This document shows, one piece after another, positions 27,207 to 38,382 of a stretch of DNA of 64,000 nucleotides (position 1 is the first letter of the stretch; each line of letters opens with the position of its first letter). The DNA lies in the NCBI RefSeq assembly GCF_964204645.1, contig NC_134034.1:124001-188000 (forward strand). Reading direction: 5' to 3'. Source of the DNA: Tubulanus polymorphus. Taxonomy: Eukaryota; Animalia; Nemertea. A program made the position numbers and the translations under genes. The notes beneath the pieces are model-generated. The model was given only the letters and a program-made list of their open reading frames with translations, was not told the DNA's origin and searched no databases.

Positions 27207-27445
27207 TGGTGTGCTTAGCCCCGGTGTGCTTAGCCCCGGAGGGCTTAGCTTAGCCCCGGTGGGCTTAGCTTAGCCCCGGAGGGCTTAGCTTAGCCCCGGT
27301 GGGCTTAGCTTAGCCCCGGTGGGCTTAGCTTAGCCCCGGTGGGCTTAGCCTAGCCTGGTGGGCTTAGCCCCGGTGGGCTTAGCCTAGCCTGGTGGGCTTA
27401 GCTTAGCCCCGGTGGGCTTAGCCTAGCCCGGTGGGCTTAGCCGCG
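27207..27445. repeat. ~20-bp minisatellite (gcttagcttagccccggtgg)
   Basis: ~12 variant copies. Confidence 0.9.
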
Positions 27446-27941
27446 GACTCACACTTATTATTCATTACAAAACCATTTCAATTTTACAAATAAATTGAAA
27501 ATATATAAAATTACTAATATTTTGTTTCCATCGATTACAAATTACAAATTACAAATACAAATTACAATTACAATTACAATTACACATGCCTCATTATCAA
27601 TAATAGATATTATTATTAAATTATGTAAAATATAATATACCTCAGTAATGAGAGGCCACTTCTCCCTCCCTCTCCCCCTCCCTCTCCCCTCTTACGGCCT
27701 TTATTCCAACATTTATCTAGAAGTTACAGATTGTCACATGTTGATGGAAGATCGATTGCCTCAAAACAGTAAATACATCACACACATCAATTCATATTTT
27801 TAATTAGATTACCAGCCGTCAGTGAGCGGGTCACCTGACACCCAGCGGGTCACCTGACACCCGGATCACCAGCGGTGTCTGACACACTCGATGACTAGTT
27901 CATGTAAAATTCCGACCACTAGGTGGCGCTCTACAATGCAT

Positions 27942-30900
27942 CTATTTCTTGCCGGCGTAAGTTGGATTATTGAAAGTCGACGTCGCTTGAACAAATATCG
28001 GATTTTCACCCTGAAAATAAATTCAATAAATCATAATCCAGCATAATCATATATAATAACAATTGATTATAATGAGCTATAATTAATAAAACTAACCGCG
28101 TCCCATTTCGGGTTGGCTCCGTCGTTTTGAAGTTTGGCGCATTCGCGACGATCGTGCAGCGTTGCTAGGAGACGCCAGATTAACAACAATACGAGACCGA
28201 TAGCTACGATACCTCCGATTACACCTAATACAATCGCTAAAACATTCACAGCTTCCGGGCATTCTACAAAATTATCAATCAGTTTATAGAAATTAGACAA
28301 TCCGTGGGTGCATAGTTGATTCAGATGATTCCACAGTTGATCCACATGATCCACACAGTTCCACAGTTCACTGGAGAAGTAATTGAGACTCCAGAGTTGT
28401 TCAACAATTCACATTTGACTCACATTAGCATTTTATAGGAACTGATTTTTATTCCAGAGTCAGGCAGAGCCTTTGTAAAAGGAATAGATTTTAACTGCAG
28501 AATATCTGTGCAACTGTGTGGACAACCTGTGGAACTGTGGACAAACTGTGGAACTGTGTGGACAAACTGTGGAACTGTGTTGTGGAATAATTGAAAGATG
28601 AATACTTACTTTTAGTGCGTTGTGCTTTAACTTGAACGTTACCGAACTCATCGTATTCATACGTGAAATAAAACGTACAATCATCATCATCGACGTATTG
28701 ACAAATCTTCTGATTCTCAGACGCTAAAATACAACATCATAAACATCTTCATTTACATCTTCATTACATCATTAACATCTTCATTTACATCTTCATTTAC
28801 ATCTTCATTACATCATAAACATCTTTATTTACATCATTAACATCTTCATTAACATCTTCATTACATCTTCATTACATCATTAACATCTTAATTTACATCT
28901 TCATTACATCTTCATTTACATCTTCATTTACATCTTCATTACATCGTAAACATCTTTATTTACATCATTAACAATGTTCAATAGCCATCAAAATCTTCAG
29001 ATTTACCGAGTGATTTTGGCGAGAAAAAAATAGCCACCAGGCAGCCATATTGGTTACGATAGACAAAATTTTTGGGAAACAGGACCCCTGAGTTGACAAC
29101 AGGACCCCCGAGTGGACTACAGGACCCCTGACTGGACTACAGGACCCCTGACTGGACTACAGGACCCCTGACTGGACTACAGGACCCCTGAGTGGACTAC
29201 AGGACCCCTGACTGGACTACAGGACCCCTGAGTGGACTACAGGACCCCTGACTGGACTACAGGACCCCTGAGTGGACTACAGGACCCCTGACTGGACTAC
29301 AGGACCCCTGAGTGGACTACAGGACCCCTGACTGGACTACAGGACCCCTGAGTGGACTACAGGACCCCTGACTGGACTACAGGACCCCTGAGTGGACTAC
29401 AGGACCCCTGACTGGACTACAGGACCCCTGAGTGGACTACAGGACCCCTGAGTTGACCACAGGACCCCTGAGTTGACCACAGGACCCCGAGTGGACTACA
29501 GGACCCCTGAGTGGACTACAGGACCCCTGACTGGACTACAGGACCCCTGAGTGGACTACAGGACCCCTGACTGGACTACAGGACCCCTGAGTGGACTACA
29601 GGACCCCTGACTGGACTACAGGACCCCTGAGTGGACTACAGGACCCCTGACTGGACTACAGGACCCCTGAGTGGACTACAGGACCCCTGAGTTGACCACA
29701 GGACCCCTGAGTTGACCACAGGACCCCGAGTGGACCACAGGACCCCTGAGTGGACTACAGGACCCCTATAGGCTACATACCTTGAGCTTTATCGACCATT
29801 TCAATGTTTGTACAATTCTGTTTACATTCCTTGCCGGAGATCGGACCAGTTCCGAATCCAATACACTGAACACAGGCTTTACTCTGTTCACATTTACCGG
29901 GACAAGCCTACAAAATACATAAATACAAACTCAATATGACTCTCTTATTGGTTGAAATTTGAGCGAGGTATTGAGGTATTGAGCTGAGCGAGGTATTGCA
30001 TTGAACACTTACCGGACAATCCTCACATGTAGGACCGCTATAAAGAGATGTAGCCTCACATTTACAAACACCACAGTCACATACTCCTGCACCGTTACAA
30101 ATTTTCTGTAAAATCAAATTTCAAAAATTCATTAATAAATTTTCATTCAGAAGAATGAGATAAATGAAACAACTGAATTATCAACTGACCCCGTTCTTAG
30201 CTCGGCAGGATTCTTGAGAAATCGGACACTGGCACGCGGTACCGTTGAACCCTTCTAGACACTTACACGTTCCACATTCGCATTTACCTCGAGTCGGACC
30301 TAAAAATATTCATATTCTTAAATCACAATTCAAAGGTGTTTGGGTAGTTTGAGACCCAGTGGAACCATGAGTGTGGAACCAGAATTCGAACCAGTCCGGT
30401 TCCATGTTTTTCTCTTACCTCCGCACAATAATCCGTTATCCTCCGCGTAGTTACAACTATAATCGTCACATTCGCAGTATTTTCCCGAGTATTTCATATT
30501 CGGGGTTAGACCTCCTCGTGAGAAACACTTACAGACTCCACATTCACAACGACCTCGATTCTCACAGTTAGTCGTCGAATTCCCCCTGAAATTAATCACA
30601 TCTCAAAACATGATTCTATTAAACCGTTAGATTACAGGAGAGCGAGCTTAAAACAGCTCGAAACTCACAAAAACTTACATTCGACAGGTCGCTTCGAAGT
30701 CAGCGCTGGCTAAATCAGATCCAGAACATTCACAGAATTTACCGTATCTGTTCTCATTACAGTCACATCTACCGCAGACGTAAGTTCCATTACCATCAGT
30801 GCACAGAGGACTGTTCAACTTCTATATAAAAATAAACAACATTTCACATGACATTTTACAATCAAGATTCCCGATCAGGACACTGTCCTAGAATCCCGAG

Positions 30901-33900
30901 ATTCAGTTCCTCAGAATCTACATATATTTGAACTCTTCGCTGTCAAACTTATATAACAACTGTTTAAACTAAAGATGAGGTTTAAATAGATAGCTGAGGT
31001 TACTGTTCTGCCTTAGAACCTAGTCTAAGACCGGTCTTAATTCTAGGCGCGTTACCTTTTTATTGGAAGCCTCACAACCGCATTCACAGTTTAGATCTAG
31101 TTTAAGTTGAAGCCGTTCTGTAAGTCCTACTGGATATATACTGAACATTCGCTGTCTTTTACGTGGATCTTCCGGACATTTCTTTACATTAACAGACACT
31201 TCAAACGTTACCTACAAAACAACAGTCGAACATCGATCGATCAATCAATCACCCTATGACATCATCATCACAGTCATCATTGACTTACGTTAGTTCCGAC
31301 TTTGAGTCCGGCGCATTCATCCGTTTCCTTCAATTCAGAGCTGAATAAATAAGACATAATGACATCATAGGGGGATTCATTTTAGACAGTTTAAAACAGT
31401 TCGACTTCATGATTCAGGAGATAAACAACGTTATCTTATATTAATAAGATGATGAACTGGTTCCAGTTCCACAGTTGTGAGTTAACTCATTGAAAATGAA
31501 CTAACTTTAACTCAGAGTTAACTCTAACTCACAACTGTGGAACTGAATCCTTGGGGTTAGGAGTGGAGGGGGACCTAGCTCAACTTACCCAAAACATCTC
31601 GAGTAAAACTTCACTTCAATATCTTCAGCCCCTTCGGTGCTTAACTGAACTTTACTGGAGATTTTCTGAAAACGATAAACGTAGCTCATAAAAAACTAAG
31701 TTCAACGCAACAGATAAAACAGTTATAACAAACGAACGTACGTTATAATTATCCTGAACGAGTTCGACAACGTTTGAAGAATCATTAGCGAGTTCACCGG
31801 CCGTCGAGCCCTCGATAAACTTCGTCAAATCGGAATAAATCTTCACCTGGTCGGTCGTCACGGCGAATATCATATTCACATTGTCTTCCATTACCTTCGA
31901 TGATATCTGACTGATTGACGGGTAATCCTAAAATACAAACAAACAGCGGATATCTGACTGATTGACGGGTAATCCTAAAATACAAACAAACAGCGGATAT
32001 CTGACTGATTGACGGGTAATCCTAAAATACAAACAAACAGCGGATATCTGACTGATTGACGGGTAATCCTAAAATACAAACAGACAGCGGATATCTGACT
32101 GATTGACGGGTAATCCTAAAATACAAACAGACAGCGGATATCTGACTGATTGACGGGTAATCCTAAAATACAAACAAACAGCGGATATCTGACTGATTGA
32201 CGGGTAATCCTAAAATACAAACAGACAGCGGATATCTGACTGATTGACGGGTAATCCTAAAATACAAACAAACAGCGGATATCTGACTGATTGACGGGTA
32301 ATCCTAAAATACAAACAAACAGCGGATATCTGACTGATTGACGGGTAATCCTAAAATACAAACAAACAGCGGATATCTGACTGATTGACGGGTAATCCTA
32401 AAATACAAACAAACAGCGGATATCTGACTGATTGACGGGTAATCCTAAAATACAAACAAACAGCTGATATCTGACTGATTGACGGGTAATCCTAAAATAC
32501 AAACAAACAGCGGATATCTGACTGATTGACGGGTAATCCTAAAATACAAACAAACAGCGGATATCTGACTGATTGACGGGTAATCCTAAAATACAAACAA
32601 ACAGCGGATATCTGACTGATTGACGGGTAATCCTAAAATACAAACAAACAGCGGATATCTGACTGATTGACGGGTAATCCTAAAATACAAACAAACAGCG
32701 GATATCTGACTGATTGACGGGTAATCCTAAAATACAAACAAACAGCGGATATCTGACTGATTGACGGGTAATCCTAAAATACAAACAAACAGCGGATATC
32801 TGACTGATTGACGGGTAATCCTAAAATACAAACAAACAGCGGATATCTGACTGATTGACGGGTAATCCTAAAATACAAACAAACAGCGGATATCTGACTG
32901 ATTGACGGGTAATCCTAAAATACAAACAAACAGCGGATATCTGACTGATTGACGGGTAATCCTAAAATACAAACAAACAGCGGATATCTGACTGATAGAC
33001 GGGTAATCCTAAAATACAAACAAACAGCGGATATCTGACTGATTGAAGGGTAATCCTAAAATACAAACAAACAGCGGATATCTGACTGATTGACGGGTAA
33101 TCCTAAAATACAAACAAACAGCGGATATCTGACTGATTAACGGGTAATCCTAAAATACAAACAAACAGGAACTCGGTTCAGAACTGTGGAACTGGATCCA
33201 GAACTGTGGATTTTGGTCCAGAACTGTGGAACTGGATCCAGAACTGGTGCAACTGGGTTTTGGGCTGCAGAACTGGGTTTTGGGCTGTGTAACTGGGTTT
33301 TGGGCTGTGGAACTGGGTTCTAATGAATTGCTAGGCTCCTACCTGATGAATACTCTCAGTATAAACCCCCTGATTATCCAGGTGACATTGACCATCATTC
33401 GGTTTTACAATTCCACCGAGCTACAAAACACAAAATACAATTCATCATAATTTAGCATGATAATCTCAATATCTGTGGGGAACTCGGTGACCGTGATACA
33501 GACCTTACCATCACCAGCCGTATGGAATCCAGAATCTGTAGAGAATACCATCATTTTCCTGGAGCCTTCCCTCCAACCGATCTGATTCTACAAATACACA
33601 AAACAATCGTAAAATACCATCATTTTCCTGGAGCCTTCCCTCCAACCGATCTGATCCTACAAACACACAAAACAATCGTAACCACGCACAGCTATATATA
33701 GAGTTTATAGAGCGGGTTATTACGTACCTTACAGGCTATAGCCTGCATTATAGCATCAAAACCACCTTCAGGAGCATCTAAATTACCAGATACCCTCGCA
33801 GCGCGTACCCTTCTCTGTGAAAATAAAACAGACATTCATCGTCAGGGGGAGGAGGGGGAGGAGGGGGAGGAGGGGGAGGAGGGGAGGAGGGGGAGGATGT

Positions 33901-35661
33901 GGACAAACAAGATTCTGGGAGTTTTACATTTTATGTTCAACCACATGACAAGCATTCGGTATGACCTCGACACTAACCTCAAACATGGATGAATCAGGAT
34001 TAAGACTGAGTTGATTTTTAAACCCGTAAGGTGGCACACACCCGGCACACGGACTGCGTAGTTTAGACGGTAATTCATTCACGTAAGGCATCACTCTTTT
34101 ATCAACAAATGAACCGAATCCAAGTCGGAAATTTTTAGTGATTGATTTCATTCTTTCAGCTGAAATATCAACAACAAAACACAACATTAGCATCCAGTTG
34201 GAGTCTCGAGATCAGTAAGGAGTCCCGAGATCAGTTGGAGTCTCGAGATCAGTAAGGAGTCCCGAGATCAGTTGGAGTCCCGAGATCAGTTGGAGTCCCG
34301 AGATCAGTTGGAGTCCTGAGATCAGTTGGAGTCTCGAGATCAGTAAGGAGTCCCGAGATCAGTTGGAGTCCCGAGATCAGTTGGAGTCCCGAGATCAGTT
34401 GGAGTCCTGAGATCAGTTGGAGTCTCGAGATCAGTAAGGAGTCCCGAGATCAGTTGGAGTCCCGAGATCAGTTGGAGTCCCGAGATCAGTTGGAGTCCTG
34501 AGATCAGTTGGAGTCTCGAGATCAGTTGGAGCCCATTGGAGTCCCAAGATCAATTGGAGTCCCAAGATCAATTGGACTCCCAAGATCAGTTGGAGATGAG
34601 ATATAACATTGCAGTATGTTAACGTTAAGTTTAATCAACTTCTCAGCAACTGCAGACAATGCTGATTTATAAAACCAGCCACGAGGGATAAAGGGTTAAA
34701 GCTGGACAATAAACGACAGGTTTTAGTGATTGTGATTTAAACTCTGCTCACCTAACAGATTTCCTAACGCTGCTATTTTCTCCTTGTCGTCTGCCATCGA
34801 GTTCGATAAATCCATCAAATAATACAAATCAACCGGATAATTCTCAGCCAATCGGAAATGAGTTTCAAACTTAAACGGTTTATCTATAAACAAACAATAA
34901 ACAATCAGTAACGCCATCTATTGGTGAATACCGGCGGCACGGCACGGTCGGATTTACTTACTGGGTCTGATTTTAATTCTAATCTCTTGAGGAGAAAGTT
35001 GAACAGCAGAAACTCCTCCTTCCTGATTCCTGAATCCTTCATTCTATAAAAAAACACATCAATCATAAACTAACAACTACAACCCATCAGCTGTAAATAA
35101 ATATTGTTATTTGATGATGTCATAGGGGGATTTATAGAGGCAACTACATCTCATAGGGTGAGAAGAGTACATAGTAATTCGATGATGTCATAGGGGGATT
35201 CATGGAAAGTGTCTTGAGATCTGATAGATTCGATGATGTCATAGGGTGATTCATGGAAACTGTCTGGAGATCTGATCGGTTTGATGATGTAATAGGGTGA
35301 TAGAGTAGATGGTTATTGGATGATGATGATGTCATAGGGTGATAGAGTAGATGGTTATTGGATGATGATGTCATAGGGTGATACGTACCTGTGTTATTTG
35401 TGAATTATGGTCAGGATGAACAATGTTTTTCTCTTTACAGCCGTTAGCGAGAAGTTTCTCTTTAATATCACATCTTTCATTGGCATCTTTCTGATCAAAG
35501 TCCGCCTGACGGCACCAGGCACATTCAGCAGCTGCGGTGAAACACGCTCCACAACTCTGGTGCACGTTACACGTGGAACTATCCACCGTCTGCTGACCGG
35601 TTACCACGACTACCACCAGGCAAGCGGTTATCAAATTGATTAAAGATGGCGTTGACTTCAT
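27942..35661 (-). CDS. Integrin beta subunit (beta-1/betaPS-like), complete, ~792 aa
   Basis: 19 GT-AG exons: 35661-35389, 35043-34962, 34883-34752, 34159-33978, 33814-33728, 33587-33504, 33420-33343, 31927-31742, 31665-31589, 31340-31289, 31211-31056, 30821-30679, 30585-30419, 30299-30190, 30105-30013, 29907-29781, 28723-28610, 28263-28097, 28010-27942 (2379 nt). Signal peptide, PSI domain (CAWC), [35 protein letters not shown], Cys-rich I-EGF repeats, TM helix, tail HDRRE..KWD..NPIF..NPTY. Confidence 0.97.
28730..28970. repeat. Short acatcttcatt(t) repeat in integrin intron
   Basis: Direct observation. Confidence 0.85.
29080..29767. repeat. 20-bp minisatellite (caggacccctga[g/c]tggacta), ~34 copies
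   Basis: Fills most of integrin intron 16. Confidence 0.95.
31455..31550. mobile_element. Palindromic MITE-like element (CAGTTCCACAGTTGTGAGTTA termini)
   Basis: cagttccacagttgtgagtta ... taactcacaactgtggaactg; relatives at ~16967-17042, 45808-45890, 57635-57770. Confidence 0.65.
31902..33167 (-). repeat. 47-bp tandem array, 27 copies, each containing the integrin exon-8 splice acceptor plus 26 nt of exon
   Basis: Minus-strand unit cgctgtttgtttgtattttag|GATTACCCGTCAATCAGTCAGATATC; AGs at 31928 + 47n up to 33150. Confidence 0.97.
34194..34594. repeat. 18-bp minisatellite (gatcagttggagtcccga)
   Basis: ~22 copies in integrin intron 3. Confidence 0.93.
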
Positions 35662-36397
35662 TGTTGCATTTATATCTGAAATAGAAATATAATCATTTAG
35701 AAAATAGAATAGATAATTTCATGTAGGCTACATCTCGCATTTCAGATACCATCCTCACTTGCCACCGCGGCCAGTCATAAAATACCGATAAACCAGCCCT
35801 GGTGAGTGAGGATATTCTACACTTGATGCTGTGATTTCAATCTCGAAATCTTATTCATGATTCATAGATCTGTTATCAACAGTATCAGATATTAATAGCT
35901 CAATACAGAGAGTGAGAGGAGAGAGGAGAGAGTGAGAGGAGAGACTGAGTGAGAGGATAGAGAGTGAGAGAGAGAGAGAGAGAGGGAGTGAGAGGAGAGA
36001 CTGAGTGAGAGGATAGAGAGTGAGAGAGAGAGGAGGGACTGAGTGAGAGGATAGAGAGTGAGAGGAGAGAGGAGAGAGAGAGGAGAGAGAGGAGGGACTG
36101 AGTGAGATGACTCAATATTAAACATCAGCACATACATGCATTGAGAGTCATTGAATGAAAAATGAGTACTAAGAGATTGCTGCTGCTGCTGCTGGTGCAT
36201 CAAACTGTGTTATCAGTGGGGTAGGGGGAGGAAGGGGTGATCAATCTCATCTAATATATTTTATGAAATAATTAGTTGTAGTTGTTTAAACACATGTCTC
36301 TCTCTCTCACGGGACTCTATCATTAAAACTCGGAGTCTTATTGAATTACTGTATGTCATCCTCTTCAGCACTGTACTGTATATCACGCACTAGGTTA

Positions 36398-37079
36398 ATA
36401 GTCCGGACTACCCACTAGTGCTGGAACATAGTCCGGACTACCCACTAGTACTGGAACATAGTCCGGACTACCCACTAGTACTGGAACATAGTCCGGACCA
36501 CCCACTAGTACTGGAACATAGTCCAGACTACCCACTAGTACTGAAACATAGTCCGGACCACCCACTAGTGCTGGAACATAGTCCAGACTACCCACTAGTA
36601 CTGGAACATAGTCCGGACCACCCACTAGTACTGGAACATAGTCCGGACCACCCACTAGTGCTGGAACATAGTCCGGACCACCCACTAGTACTGGAACATA
36701 GTCCGGACTACCCACTAGTGCTGGAACATAGTCCGGACCACCCACTAGTGCTGGAACATAGTCCGGACTACCCACTAGTGCTGGAACATAGTCCGGACTA
36801 CCCACTAGTACTGGAACATAGTCCGGACCACCCACTAGTGCTGGAACATAGTCCGGACCACCCACTAGTACTGGAACATAGTCCGGACTACCCACTAGTA
36901 CTGGAACATAGTCCGGACCACCCACTAGTACTGGAACATAGTCCGGACCACCCACTAGTACTGGAACATAGTCCGGACCACCCACTAGTACTGGAACATA
37001 GTCCGGACTACCCACTAGTACTGGAACATAGTCCGGACTACCCACTAGTACTGGAACATAGTCCGGACCACCCACTAGT
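36398..37079. repeat. 30-bp minisatellite (ctggaacatagtccggac[t/c]acccactagt[a/g]), ~23 copies
   Basis: Source of ORFs 36395-37075 and 36418-37083; lies upstream of the integrin start-codon exon. Confidence 0.96.
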
Positions 37080-37239
37080 CTAGATGACTAGGATATAGAA
37101 TTTTTCATAACAAATTTTATTTCATTCAAAATATCGTTGATTCAAAGAATGAATAAATAAAATGAACTTCCTCATTTCAAAACTCTGATGTATCCTGTTA
37201 TAAAAACACAATAAACAGGATATTATTATCTTTCTAAAT

Positions 37240-37276
<37 letters not shown>

Positions 37277-38382
37277 CCTGAGACCAGCCTCACACTAATA
37301 TGAGAACTTTCAAATCCCCCTAAACGCACTGACTATATTCGAACCCACCCAAAGAGAGGCTGCAGGCCGCCTTAATAATGATCTCTTTTATCGCTGAATA
37401 AAACTCTGAAAATGATACCTAACAAAGTCAACCCTTACTCCTTATTAGTGGGCATCGTTTTTGGAGCCTCTCTCTCTCCTACTATCTCCCCAGGACTCAA
37501 TCTGGCCGCTTAAAACAGTTTGGGTAAAGTGATCAAAAAAACATTGTTTGTAGTGACACACATATTTACCTGCGGCGGATATAAATACAAACAATTTCTA
37601 CACTGAAAACATCTGACGAAAAGATGCTGCACGAATAAATGTGAATTTGTTATTGAATTGATGAAGAAACAGGAAATTCCATTGTTGCCCTACCCCTTAA
37701 AATAACTCACAATTATACTAAACTCACCCCCTAAATTACAGCAGATATTCCTCTATTCTCGGGATTAGAGTCGCTTAAATCCACCAGTATCCGATACAGT
37801 TAAACCAGTTTTATAGAAAGCGCTTCACACACAAAAACTCTGATCTATTTTTGACATTCCTGAGGGAGCGACGATTAATTCATACTCCTCGTAGTCTCAT
37901 CGATCGATGACGTCATCTTCCTAGAACTAGTTACATCTGTTCCGGATTCGATCTGTACATACTGTTGGTCGTGTATATCCTGTAGAGACCTCGCATCAGT
38001 AAAATATCAAACACAAAATCATTTTTATGTTTCTGATAAATGATATATATTTTATTTCAAATTTCTTCGAAAAAACACTTTTTTGTTGGTAGAAAAAAAA
38101 CTGGTTTTCACAAAATCTTCAACATATTCAATATAATAAACAGCCAGCAACATACAATTGACTTCTCTCACTGTTACCTATTTCACAATCATATTACAAA
38201 CTTTTAGCAGGTTTCATCATTAAGATGATTTTGGAATGAGTTCTTTAAAGTTTACATAGTATCATAATGAGATTACAAAATAGAACAGTCTTCGATCCAA
38301 GCTCAATATCTAGATTATTTATTTCCTATAGGGTATGATTCTGATCACAGCTGATATGCGACTGCCTGGCAGCCATCTTTAC

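Noticed and set aside
31928-33151. Recursive splicing (AG|GT ratchet sites) as the explanation for the acceptor arrays
   Set aside because: The AGs are followed by GATTAC (integrin) or CTCCT (AKR), so no donor is regenerated.
33680-33977. Alternative copy of the 87-nt integrin ligand-binding exon (as in insect betaPS splice variants)
   Set aside because: No homologous second exon visible in either flanking intron.
36395-37083. 226/221-aa repeat ORFs (GGPDYVPVLV / LEHSPDHPLV)
   Set aside because: A 30-bp unit is trivially open on both strands; no flanking coding context or splice support.
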